The notes beneath the pieces were generated by a model. The model saw only the letters and a list, made by a program, of their open reading frames with translations. It made no database searches and was not told where the DNA came from. From an uncultured delta proteobacterium (GTDB taxonomy: Bacteria; Myxococcota; Myxococcia; Myxococcales; Myxococcaceae): a stretch of DNA of 64,000 nt. Shown one piece after another: positions 52,430-61,119 of the stretch (the stretch's first letter is position 1; each line of letters begins with the position of its first letter). The translations under genes and the position numbers were made by a program. The DNA is taken from NCBI GenBank assembly GCA_963796055.1, contig CAWCKH010000004.1:2272001-2336000 (forward strand), given 5' to 3'.

Positions 52430-53248
52430 ATGGGGCTCACGGATCCGCGGCCGATCGGCGTCTTCGACTCCGGGGTGGGAGGGCTCACGGTCCTCCGCGC
52501 ACTCCGGGCGCGCTTCCCGGACGAGTCCATGGTCTACCTGGGCGACACCGCGCGCGTCCCCTACGGCACCAAATCCGCCGAGGTGGTGACGCGCTACTCG
52601 CTCCGGAACGCCGCGTTCCTCACCTCCCAGGACGTGAAGCTGCTGGTGGTGGCCTGCAACACTGCCTCGTCCGTCGCGCTGCCAGCGCTCCGGGCCGCGC
52701 TGGGCATTCCGGTGGTGGGTGTCATCGAGCCCGGCGCCCGCGCCGCAGCCCGGATGAGCCCGGCGGGCCACGTGGGCGTGGTCGGGACGCCGGGCACCAT
52801 CGCCTCCGGCGCGTACCAGCGGGTGCTCGCCGCCGAGCGTCCGGGCATCCGCATCCAGGTCCAGGCCTGTCCGCTGTTCGTGCCCCTGGCCGAGGAAGGG
52901 TGGGTGCAGGGCGACGTGCCGCGGCTGGTCGCCCGCGCCTACCTCGCACCGATGCAGCAGGCCGGCATCGACACCCTGGTGCTTGGCTGCACACACTACC
53001 CGCTGCTCCGGGGCGTACTGGCCGACGAGCTGGGCCCGGCTGTCACCCTGGTCGACTCGGCCGACACCACCGCGGACGAGGTGGAAGCCCTGCTCGACCG
53101 CGGCGTGGCCCTGCGCGCGCCGGCACGCGGACCCGGCGGGCTGCAAGTCTTCGTGACCGACACGCCGGATCGCATCCCGGAGCTGAGCACCCGCTTTCTG
53201 GGTGAGCGGGTGGAGCGGGCCGAGCACGTGGACATCCAGGCCGGGTAG
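52430..53248 (+). CDS. murI: Glutamate racemase
   Basis: IGVFDSGVGGLTV, VACNTAS, LGCTHYP. Confidence 0.97.
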   Translation: MGLTDPRPIGVFDSGVGGLTVLRALRARFPDESMVYLGDTARVPYGTKSAEVVTRYSLRNAAFLTSQDVKLLVVACNTASSVALPALRAALGIPVVGVIEPGARAAARMSPAGHVGVVGTPGTIASGAYQRVLAAERPGIRIQVQACPLFVPLAEEGWVQGDVPRLVARAYLAPMQQAGIDTLVLGCTHYPLLRGVLADELGPAVTLVDSADTTADEVEALLDRGVALRAPARGPGGLQVFVTDTPDRIPELSTRFLGERVERAEHVDIQAG

Positions 53249-53607
53249 GTCAGGGCGGCCGCAGTCGAGGTCCGGGTCAGGGTGTCGTCGCGTGGGCTGC
53301 AGTCGGCGAGGTCCGGGCGGCCGCAGTCGGGTAGTCAGGGCGGCCGCAGTCGAGGTCCGGGTCAGGGTGTCGTCGCGTGGGCTGCAGTCGGCGAGGTCAG
53401 GGCGGCCGCAGTCGGGTAGTCAGGGCGGCCGCAGTCGGGTAGTCAGGTCGGCCGCAGTCGAGGTCCGGGTCAGGGTGTCGTCGCGTGGGCTGCAGTCGGC
53501 GAGGTCCGGGCGGCCGCAGTCGGGTAGTCAGGGCGGCCGCAGTCGAGGTCCGGGTCAGGGTGTCGTCGCGTGGGCTGCAGTCGGCGAGGTCCGGGCGGCC
53601 GCAGTCA
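53245..53607 (+). repeat. Tandem array: four 85-bp units plus one solo 23-bp unit
   Basis: Units start at 53249, 53334, 53442 and 53527; solo GTCAGGGCGGCCGCAGTCGGGTA at 53419-53441; core GTC(A/C)GGGCGGCCGCAGTCG occurs twice per unit. Confidence 0.95.
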
Positions 53608-53625
53608 GCGATGGCCTACAAGCTC

Positions 53626-53712
53626 CTAGCCGACTGCGGCCGCCCTGACCCGCCGACGATGGCGCCTGAGGACCCCTTTACCCGGACCTCGACTGCGGCC
53701 GCCCTGACCTAG
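53626..53712 (-). repeat. CTAG-flanked 87-bp copy of the same element (inverted relative to the array)
   Basis: Minus strand reads CTAG-GTCAGGGCGGCCGCAGTCGAGGTCCGGGT...GGTCAGGGCGGCCGCAGTCGG-CTAG. Confidence 0.92.
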
Positions 53713-54476
53713 AGCTTGACCCGGGAGTCGACCGGGGTGGGCGGAGGCAGCGGCATCGTCTCCGCCATCACCTGGGCAGCGGCCGCGGTCCCCAGGTCGT
53801 CGCGCCGGGGGAGCGCACCGGTGCAGGCGGTGATGCACCACTCGAGGAGCGGGAATGCTCGCGTCCATCCGAGTGGCCAGTTCAGCCAGCCGGTGGTGAT
53901 GCAGTAGTGCGAGGTGAACGGCCGGCTGTGGTGCAGCTGGTGGTGCGCCGGCGGGAGGATGAGGTGCCAGCGCTGGAGCGCGGCGATGAGCGGAGACGGC
54001 GCGGGCAGGTGGGCCCACTTGTGGAACTGGTTGGTGAGCAGCACCCAGACGACCAGCGCTCCGAGGAAGGACGAGAGAAAGAGGCTGCCCGCTTCCCCGC
54101 GTTCCGGAACGAGCCAGATCGCCAGTCCCAGGGCGGGGAGGCTGATCAGACAGTTGTTGCCGTTGGTCTCGACGAAGTCGTGCCGGGTGATGGCCAGCGG
54201 GTCCCGGTGGTGCTCCCGGAACGGTCCGAGCACCGCCGGGCCGATGACCGGCAGGTCGGGCGACCCCCAGGTGTCCGCTGCCCAGTGGACCACGCCCGAG
54301 ACCAGGTCCGCGGCGAGGTAGCCGAGAAGCGCCGCGGTGAGGACCACCCAGGGCCGCTCCGGGACGAAGGGCGCGAGGCGGATGGCGAGCCAGCAAGCCA
54401 GGGCGGCGTAGGAGAGCAGGCTTGTCCAGTCGAGCCGTCGAAGGGCCTTGCTGGGTTGCCGCTCGCCTTGCGCCAT
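53709..54476 (-). CDS. carF: CarF / TMEM189-family plasmanylethanolamine desaturase
   Basis: ADLVSGVVHWAADTWG, FREHH, HDFVETNGNNC, NQFHKWAH, HHQLHH, YCITTGWLN His boxes. Confidence 0.88.
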   Translation of the reverse strand: MAQGERQPSKALRRLDWTSLLSYAALACWLAIRLAPFVPERPWVVLTAALLGYLAADLVSGVVHWAADTWGSPDLPVIGPAVLGPFREHHRDPLAITRHDFVETNGNNCLISLPALGLAIWLVPERGEAGSLFLSSFLGALVVWVLLTNQFHKWAHLPAPSPLIAALQRWHLILPPAHHQLHHSRPFTSHYCITTGWLNWPLGWTRAFPLLEWCITACTGALPRRDDLGTAAAAQVMAETMPLPPPTPVDSRVKL

Positions 54477-54525
54477 CAGGACTCCTCTCGCCCCTGCAGA
54501 ACGAGATGCCCGGATGTCGTGAAGG

Positions 54526-55422
54526 TTACAGGAGGGCCCCGCCGCCGGTCTGCCCCTCTACGGTCGGCGCGGTCCCGCGGATTCGCCGCGGGTGTGTATA
54601 CAGGTTGAAACTTCCGCCTCGGACGAATGTGGCCAGGGCGACGCCCGCGCGCTCGGCGAGGTCCACTGCCAGACTGCTGGCCGCCCCCACCGACGCCAGG
54701 ACGGGAATGCGAGCCATTGCCGCCTTCTGGACCATCTCGAAGCTGCTCCGGCCGCTGACGACCAGGAGGGCCGGTCGCGGACCGGGAGCCGGGGTGCGAC
54801 ACGGACCGATGGCGCCCGCCAGGACCAGTGCTCCGACCACCTTGTCCACCGCGTTGTGGCGGCCGACATCCTCGTGCACCGCCAGCACCGTGCCGTCCGC
54901 GGCGAGCACCATCGCCGCATGGGTGCCGCCAGTGCGCTCGAAGGCCTGCTGCGCGGCGCGGAGCCGGTCCGGGGCGGAGGCCACCAGCGCGGCGTCCACC
55001 GGGGGCGCGTCGCCCAGTGGGTCGATGCGCGCCAGCAGGTCGTCGATCTGCTCGCGGCCGCAGACGCCGCACGCCGCCGAGGTGAGCGTGCCTCGCTTGC
55101 TGGCCGTCACTCGCTCCCAGACCAGCTGCACTCCCGGGGCGGGCAGGACGTCCAGCGCGTTCCCGTAGCCCTCCTCGTCGGTACGACCGCAGTGGCTGAG
55201 CGTCCCCAGGTCGTCCACCGAGCGGATGATTCCCTCGGAGAGGAGGAAGCCCGCGGCGAGCGCGTGGTCCGCCCCGGGGGTGCGCATGGTGATGGCCACG
55301 GTGTCGCCGGCAAGGCGAATCTGCAGCGGCTCCTCGACGGCGACCACGTCGGCCCGTGCCGCCGCGGCCGCTCCGGCGGTCACGCGGCGATAGGGTCGCT
55401 CGACGGTTCCTCGGTTCCACAC
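54526..55422 (-). CDS. fdhD: Formate dehydrogenase accessory sulfurtransferase FdhD
   Basis: VAVEEPL, TMRTPG, SAACGVCG, TGGTHAA, EDVGRHNAVDK. Start uncertain. Confidence 0.92.
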   Translation of the reverse strand: MWNRGTVERPYRRVTAGAAAAARADVVAVEEPLQIRLAGDTVAITMRTPGADHALAAGFLLSEGIIRSVDDLGTLSHCGRTDEEGYGNALDVLPAPGVQLVWERVTASKRGTLTSAACGVCGREQIDDLLARIDPLGDAPPVDAALVASAPDRLRAAQQAFERTGGTHAAMVLAADGTVLAVHEDVGRHNAVDKVVGALVLAGAIGPCRTPAPGPRPALLVVSGRSSFEMVQKAAMARIPVLASVGAASSLAVDLAERAGVALATFVRGGSFNLYTHPRRIRGTAPTVEGQTGGGALL

Positions 55423-55874
55423 GTGGGGCACGCTACCGCCGGGCCGACGGCGGTGCGAGCCAAGGGAGCGTGCAGCGCGTCGCGGACCCACTCGAAGCCG
55501 AGCGCGGCGGCGAGCCAGAACGGCGCGTAATCCAGCCGCACCAGTCCGTGCAGGTGCATGCCCTCGCGGTACCGCCAGGGGCAGTCGCCGAGCACGCGGC
55601 GCAGCCCGGCCCCCGCGGCGTACTCGGTGGCATAGATGACACCGAGAGACGCAGCTGCCCGGGTCAGGCGCGACCGTCGCGCCAGCCGGGTGTGCACACC
55701 CTCCAGCGCCAGCGCCGCCGCCCCGTAGATGGGGTGCATCCAGAGGTAGGTCCGGGCGGGCAGCTTCTTGTCCCGTGAAAGCGCGGCCTTGGTGCCGGTG
55801 AAGAGCACCTCGAGCACCCAGCCAGCGCACCCGTACAGGATGAATTTCCGCGCCAGATGTCGACCCGCAGCCAT
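55380..55874 (-). CDS. Small integral membrane protein (putative ABC transporter permease family, CmpB-like)
   Basis: FILYGCAGWVLE, LWMHPIYG, EYAAG, CPWRY, VRLDYAPFW. Confidence 0.65.
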   Translation of the reverse strand: MAAGRHLARKFILYGCAGWVLEVLFTGTKAALSRDKKLPARTYLWMHPIYGAAALALEGVHTRLARRSRLTRAAASLGVIYATEYAAGAGLRRVLGDCPWRYREGMHLHGLVRLDYAPFWLAAALGFEWVRDALHAPLARTAVGPAVACPTCGTEEPSSDPIAA

Positions 55875-55980
55875 CTGCTTCCTCCTGCCTTGCAAGTTGT
55901 GGACGAGACCGCGGTCCGGCAATTCACGCCTCGACTCGGCGGCTGGAACGGAGGGGGCCCTGGCTGGCATGCTGGGGTGC

Positions 55981-56499
55981 ATGTACAGAACTGTGTTCGG
56001 CAGCCTGCTGGTTGTTTCACTCGCCACCCCCGCGCTCGCGCACGACGAGAAGGCCGGGGCGGGCTGCGACGATGACCACGCCCAGGCCGCAGGCGCGTCC
56101 GCTGCCGCCACCCTGAAGCCGGGCGCAGTGCTGGTGCGCGGCGAGGCGTTGCCCAAGGGCCAGGCTCCGCTTCCGCTGTCGTCGGTGCTGAGCAAGCCGG
56201 AGGACGGGCGGAAGGTGCTGGTGGAGGGGGTGGTTCGCCGGGCGTGCACCCAGATGGGGTGCTGGATGGAGCTCGCCCCTGCCGAGGGCGGCCCGGGCGT
56301 GCGCGTCACCTTCAAGGACTACGGCTTCTTCGTCCCCACCGACTCCGCCGGCGCGCGGGCGCGGGTGCAGGGAACGCTGAAAGTGGCACAGCTCTCGGCG
56401 GCCCAGGCCGAGCATCTGCGCGCCGAGGGCGGGTCGATGGCCGCCGGGGCGCAGCGCGAGGTCCGCCTCATCGCCTCGGGCGTCGAGCTGCGGAGGTAG
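55981..56499 (+). CDS. Exported DUF4920-like protein
   Basis: Signal peptide; VEGVVRRACTQMGCWMEL and VTFKDYGFFVP. Confidence 0.75.
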   Translation: MYRTVFGSLLVVSLATPALAHDEKAGAGCDDDHAQAAGASAAATLKPGAVLVRGEALPKGQAPLPLSSVLSKPEDGRKVLVEGVVRRACTQMGCWMELAPAEGGPGVRVTFKDYGFFVPTDSAGARARVQGTLKVAQLSAAQAEHLRAEGGSMAAGAQREVRLIASGVELRR

Positions 56500-56502
56500 T
56501 CG

Positions 56503-57645
56503 CTGGACGTCCGGTCCGGATTGCCCGCCGACGCGGCGATGCTGGCCGAGCTCGGCGGCCGGCTGTTCCAGCAGGCTTTCGGCCGGGACAACACGCCCGG
56601 GGACATGCGGGCCTACCTCGCCGAGCACTTCACCGAGGCGGCGCTGTCGCGGCTGCTGGCGACCCCCGGAGTCGAGGTGCTCGTCCTCGAGGAACGGTCG
56701 GTGCCGGTCGGCTGGGCGCTGCTCGTCGCCGGCACCTCCGCCCCGCGGCGGGCGGAGCTCGCCAGCCGTGCACCGCTCGCCCCGGCCCCCTCCGGGCGCG
56801 AGGTGGAGATTCGCCGGTTCTACGTGGACCCGGCGCTGCAGGGCGGCGACGCGGCGCCGGCGCTGATGATGGCCGTGCTCGCCCGGGTCCGGGCGCTCGA
56901 CGCCGAGGCGATGTGGCTCGCGGTCTGGGAGCACAACGGCCGCGCGCAGGCCTTCTACGCCAAGCACGGCTTTCGCCGGGTGGGGACCCAGCCGTTCCAG
57001 CTCGGCAGCGGCGTCCAGACCGACGATGTCCTGCTGCGCCCGCTGTCGTTCGGGGTGAGCCTGGCCATCGTCGCCGGCGGAAGCGCCAGCCGGCTCGGCG
57101 GGGCGTGCAAGCCGTTGCTCCGGGTCCGCGGCCGCATGGTGCTGGAGCGGCTGCTCGGGCTCCGCACCCTGGCCGACGAGGTGCTGCTCGTCTCGCCCGA
57201 TCCGCGACTTCCGGATGCCGGGCTCCGCCGGGTGGAGGACGTGGTGCCGGGGCGCGGCGCGCCGGGTGGGGTGCAGGCGGCGATGGCGCAGGCACGCGCG
57301 CCCTGGGTGCTGGCGGTGGCCGGGGACATGCCGTTCCTGGACGGGCGCGCGGTGCTCCCGCTGCTCGAGGCACGCACCGACGCGGTGGACGCGGTGGCCT
57401 ACACCGTCTCGGGTCGGCTCGAGCCGCTCGCCGCGCTGTACCGGAGCGCTCTGGCCCCGCGCTGGGCCATGGCGCTCGCCGGTGGGGGCGCGTCCTTCCG
57501 GGCGCTGTGGAGTGGGCTCCGCGGACGCACCCTGCCCGAGTCGGTGCTGCGCGAGGCGACCGGCGACACCCGCGCGGTGCTCAGCCTGAACCTTCCGTCG
57601 GACGTGGCGACGTGGGTGGACGCCCCACCCGATCCGGAATCCTAA
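56503..57645 (+). CDS. GNAT acetyltransferase fused to MobA-like molybdenum cofactor guanylyltransferase
   Basis: GNAT motifs (EIRRFYV, WLAVWEHNGRAQAFYAKHGF), then AIVAGGSASRLGG..K, VAGDMPF, EPLAALY. Start uncertain (CTG 56503, TTG 56521 or ATG 56539). Confidence 0.8.
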   Translation: MDVRSGLPADAAMLAELGGRLFQQAFGRDNTPGDMRAYLAEHFTEAALSRLLATPGVEVLVLEERSVPVGWALLVAGTSAPRRAELASRAPLAPAPSGREVEIRRFYVDPALQGGDAAPALMMAVLARVRALDAEAMWLAVWEHNGRAQAFYAKHGFRRVGTQPFQLGSGVQTDDVLLRPLSFGVSLAIVAGGSASRLGGACKPLLRVRGRMVLERLLGLRTLADEVLLVSPDPRLPDAGLRRVEDVVPGRGAPGGVQAAMAQARAPWVLAVAGDMPFLDGRAVLPLLEARTDAVDAVAYTVSGRLEPLAALYRSALAPRWAMALAGGGASFRALWSGLRGRTLPESVLREATGDTRAVLSLNLPSDVATWVDAPPDPES

Positions 57646-57670
57646 GTGCCGGTCACTGCGGGCGGTTTCC

Positions 57671-57700
57671 TTGCGCCGTGCGAGTGGCCACTGCTACCGT
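57671..57700 (+). promoter_or_regulatory. Candidate sigma70-type promoter
   Basis: TTGCGC-N18-TACCGT, 20 bp before the ATG at 57720. Confidence 0.45.
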
Positions 57701-57719
57701 CCGAGAGCTCAGCGTGGCG

Positions 57720-58235
57720 ATGGTGAAACCGTTCGATCGGGCCGTCTCGGGCTTCAACCACAACATCACCCACGCCGGTCGGGTCTTCCACGTGCAGACG
57801 GAAGACTCGGGGGTGAACAACCCGAACATCATCACCCACCTCTTCGTCGGCGGGAACATCCTCGCCAGCAAGAAGACCTCGTACGCCGAGCTGCTCAAGG
57901 CCGAGAACCTCCACGAGCTGGTGCGCCAGCTGATGGAGGACCAGCACAAGCAGATGCTCCGGAACGTGGTGAACGGGGTCTACGACAACCTCGACTCGGC
58001 GGCGCGCGCCTACCAGCCGGGACAGCTCGCGCCGGCCGCCGAGGGCAAGAAGGGCGCCAAAGTCGCGCCGCCGCGCGCACCACTTCCACCCGAGGTGGAG
58101 GCCGCGCGGGCGCTGAGCACACCACCGCCGATGAACGACAGCGGCGCGCAGACGCTCTTCGGCGAGGACCTCATCAGCGAGAAGAGCCTCGACGAGGTCA
58201 TCCTCAGCTACCTCGCCGGCGAGACCGAGAGCTGA
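57720..58235 (+). CDS. Hypothetical protein (apparently conserved deltaproteobacterial type)
   Basis: Strong codon bias; GFNHNI...FHVQTEDSG...HLFVGGNILASKK and C-terminal SEKSLDEVILSYL. Confidence 0.75.
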   Translation: MVKPFDRAVSGFNHNITHAGRVFHVQTEDSGVNNPNIITHLFVGGNILASKKTSYAELLKAENLHELVRQLMEDQHKQMLRNVVNGVYDNLDSAARAYQPGQLAPAAEGKKGAKVAPPRAPLPPEVEAARALSTPPPMNDSGAQTLFGEDLISEKSLDEVILSYLAGETES

Positions 58236-58240
58236 TCCGG

Positions 58241-59296
58241 TCAGCGAACGCCCGCGTCGGCGTCCCCGCGGCAGAAGGCGAGCCGCTTCGCCACCACTTC
58301 CAGCGGCAGCGCCACCTCGAGCGAGAGCGCGTTGCCGTGGGTCGGGGAGACCCGGGCGAAGCTCAGCAGCTCCGCCGCCTCGTCGTCTCCTCCCGCGCGG
58401 GCCTGCACCCTCGCCATGGCCAGCGCGCCGCCGAGCGTCTTGCCCAGGTCCTCGAGCTTGCGCGCGTCCTCGCCCGACACGTCCGCCACCAGCGCCACGT
58501 CGCGCCGGGCGTCGAGGTGCACCTCCACCCGCGAGGCCGCCTCCACCAGCGCCGTGGCCCAGGCCTCGTTCCCTCCCAGGGTCCTGGCCAGGTCCGGACC
58601 CGACACGACCCCGTAGAGCTCGCCGTAGCTCTGCTCGGGCGAGAGCAGCGGCCGGGGGGCGGGTCCCCGGCCCTCGACGGCGTCGAGGACGCGGCGCCCG
58701 TCCTCCTCCGAGTCGCCGAGGTGGAGCAGCGAGTCGCCCCAGCGGGTGGCGACGAGCGTGCTGCCGCCCTCGGCGCGCGGGTCGACCGTGGTGATCTGCC
58801 CCCGGTCGCCGTAGGGCGCCCCGGTGGCGGTCCCGAGCAGCCCCTCCCAGTTCGCCCGGCGAAAGTCGCCCGAGACGACGATGCCGTGCTCGGTGATGCC
58901 CACCCGGTCCAGATCGCGGAGCGGGTCGATGCCCATCCGCTGCAGCGCCTCCAGCGCGTTCCCCCGCCCCTCGCGGGCGGCGAGGCATTTCAGGAGGAGC
59001 TCGCCCAGGGGGGAGTTCCGGAGGGCATTGACCTCCACCACCACTCCGGATCCCGCCCCGCCCGCAGAGAGCGCGGCGAGCATCGGGTCGTGCACCTCGG
59101 TTCGCGGCGTGCCGGCGTCGGCGGGCGGGCGCGTGAGCCGGGATAGCATCCGCTGCCGCTCCTCCGGCCGGAGGTGACGGGGCATCTCCACCTCTGGCCG
59201 GGCAATGGGCGCGCGCGCCTCGGGGAGGTGCACCAGCCACGCGGCGGCGATGACCAGGAGGGCGGCGGCGAGCAGCCAGAGCCAGCGGCGCTCCAT
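58241..59296 (-). CDS. Hypothetical membrane-anchored protein coupled to ABC module
   Basis: N-terminal TM (MERRWLWLLAAALLVIAAAW); start overlaps the permease stop. Confidence 0.7.
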   Translation of the reverse strand: MERRWLWLLAAALLVIAAAWLVHLPEARAPIARPEVEMPRHLRPEERQRMLSRLTRPPADAGTPRTEVHDPMLAALSAGGAGSGVVVEVNALRNSPLGELLLKCLAAREGRGNALEALQRMGIDPLRDLDRVGITEHGIVVSGDFRRANWEGLLGTATGAPYGDRGQITTVDPRAEGGSTLVATRWGDSLLHLGDSEEDGRRVLDAVEGRGPAPRPLLSPEQSYGELYGVVSGPDLARTLGGNEAWATALVEAASRVEVHLDARRDVALVADVSGEDARKLEDLGKTLGGALAMARVQARAGGDDEAAELLSFARVSPTHGNALSLEVALPLEVVAKRLAFCRGDADAGVR

Positions 59297-60129
59297 CAGA
59301 AGTCCCTCCGCTCGAGGCGCCAGGCCGCCACCGCGAGCAGCGCCGCGGCGAAGGCCAGCGTGCCGGCCAGCAGCCGCAAGAGGCCCCCCGGAGCCAGCGG
59401 CGCGCTGGAGGCGAGGGCGCCAGCGGCGTCGGCCAGCTTGCCCAGCGGCGGCACCACCGCAGTCAGCCCGGCGAAGAACGTGCGGCCCACACCCGCGCCC
59501 ATCACGTCGAGCAGCGCCGTCCGGTGGGTTGCCAGCAGCCCGAGAAAGACCAGCGAGGCGCCGGCGGCGGCCGAGAGCGCAGCGCTGCGCACCCAGACGG
59601 TCACCGCCAGCATGCCGGCGTACACGCTGCCGAACGACAGCGCCGCCAGCACCGCCGACACCACCGGCCAGCCGGTCCACACCCCGGTCTTGGCTCCCAG
59701 CACCATCACCAGTCCGGCCGAGGCGTACACCGCGCCGGCCAGAGCGAGCGCCAGCACGCCCAGGAAAGTGCCGGCGAGAAGCTCCCAGCGGCGCACCGGC
59801 AGCGAGAGCAGATGCTCGATGCGGCCCGGCGAGAGCAATGCCGGAGCGAAGTCGGCACAGCAGAGCACGCCGAAGCACAGCCCTCCCCAGAAGACGATCT
59901 GGCTGGCCACGAGGAACACCGGCCGGAGCGCCACGTCGGCCGCCTGGATGCTGTGGACCAGCGGCTGACCGAAGAGGCGGGTCGCGGCGAGCGCGCCGTC
60001 CACCACCTCGAGGCGAAGGCTGGTCAGCAAGAGCAGCAGCAGGCCAGTGAGCGCCAGACCCAGCGCGAGGAACCACCGCCTCGCTGCCGCCTCCCGCAGG
60101 AGATCCAGGGCCACCGCGAGCGAGGTCAT
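59296..60129 (-). CDS. ABC-2 type permease
   Basis: GRIEHLLSLPVRRWELLAG, several TM segments, terminal LERRDF. Confidence 0.82.
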   Translation of the reverse strand: MTSLAVALDLLREAAARRWFLALGLALTGLLLLLLTSLRLEVVDGALAATRLFGQPLVHSIQAADVALRPVFLVASQIVFWGGLCFGVLCCADFAPALLSPGRIEHLLSLPVRRWELLAGTFLGVLALALAGAVYASAGLVMVLGAKTGVWTGWPVVSAVLAALSFGSVYAGMLAVTVWVRSAALSAAAGASLVFLGLLATHRTALLDVMGAGVGRTFFAGLTAVVPPLGKLADAAGALASSAPLAPGGLLRLLAGTLAFAAALLAVAAWRLERRDF

Positions 60130-61046
60130 GCCACCCCCGCGGCCAGCGCCTCGGTGAGCACGTCCTCGAGGTCGCGCGAGGCACGCTCCAGCCCGACCAG
60201 GAGCGCCCCCGTCGCCCGGGCACCGTCCAGCGCTCCGTTCAGCGCCGCGGCGTCCGGTGCGGCGATCTCCCACGTCCCGTTCTCCGCCGGCTCGAACCCC
60301 AGCGTCAGCAGCGCCTCGGTGGCCGGGGGCAGCCCGGGGGCGAAGCGCACCCGCCAGCGTTGCTGGACCCGGGTGAGCGCCTCCAGCGGCCCGGAGCGGA
60401 CCAACCGCCCCCGGCAGAGGATGCCGATGCGGGTGCAGATGCGCTCGGTCTCCGAGAGCAGGTGCGAGTTGATGAACAAGGTGGCGCCGCGGGCGAGCTC
60501 GGCTGCGAGAAGCTGGCGGATCTCCACCCGTCCCAGCGGGTCCACCCCGTCGGTGGGCTCGTCGAGCACCAGCAGATCCGGCGCACCCACCAGCGCTGCG
60601 GCCAGCCCCAGCCGCTGGCGCATGCCCTTGCTGAAGCCGCGAATTCTCCTGTCCCCGGCCTCGGCAATGCCCAGCCGCTGGAGGAGAGCGTCCAGGCCGG
60701 CGCGCTGGGGGCGCAGCCCCTTCAGCCGCGCCACGCTCGCCAGGAAGGCCCGCGGGGTCCAGGCGCCAGGCAAGGTGAGCCGCTCCGGGAGGTAACCGAC
60801 GCGCGCCCGCGAGCGAGGATCCTCCGGACGACCGCCGAGCAGCTCCACCGCGCCCGAGTCGGGGTGGGCGATGGCGAGCAGGCACTTGATGAAGGTGGTT
60901 TTCCCCGCCCCGTTGGGACCGATGAGGCCGAATGCCTCGCCGCGCGGCACCTCGAGGTCCACCCCATCGAGTGCCACGGACTCGGTGCGGCCGAACCGGG
61001 TGCGGAAGCGCTTGTGGAGGGAGGTGACGGCGAACGCGGCCGACAT
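60126..61046 (-). CDS. ABC transporter ATP-binding protein
   Basis: [33 protein letters not shown]. Confidence 0.92.
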   Translation of the reverse strand: MSAAFAVTSLHKRFRTRFGRTESVALDGVDLEVPRGEAFGLIGPNGAGKTTFIKCLLAIAHPDSGAVELLGGRPEDPRSRARVGYLPERLTLPGAWTPRAFLASVARLKGLRPQRAGLDALLQRLGIAEAGDRRIRGFSKGMRQRLGLAAALVGAPDLLVLDEPTDGVDPLGRVEIRQLLAAELARGATLFINSHLLSETERICTRIGILCRGRLVRSGPLEALTRVQQRWRVRFAPGLPPATEALLTLGFEPAENGTWEIAAPDAAALNGALDGARATGALLVGLERASRDLEDVLTEALAAGVA

Positions 61047-61119
61047 CGGCCCCGGGAGCCTCCCATCTTGGGGGCCCGACATCCACGCCGCCCCGGAGGT
61101 CGAGCGCCGGGAGGGCCGC

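Noticed and set aside
53202..53648. Repetitive 148-aa ORF over the tandem array
   Set aside because: A translation of the 85-bp DNA repeat, whose period is not a multiple of three; no RBS or coding signature.
53245..53712. CRISPR array
   Set aside because: Sequences between the cores are identical rather than unique spacers, and no cas genes are present.
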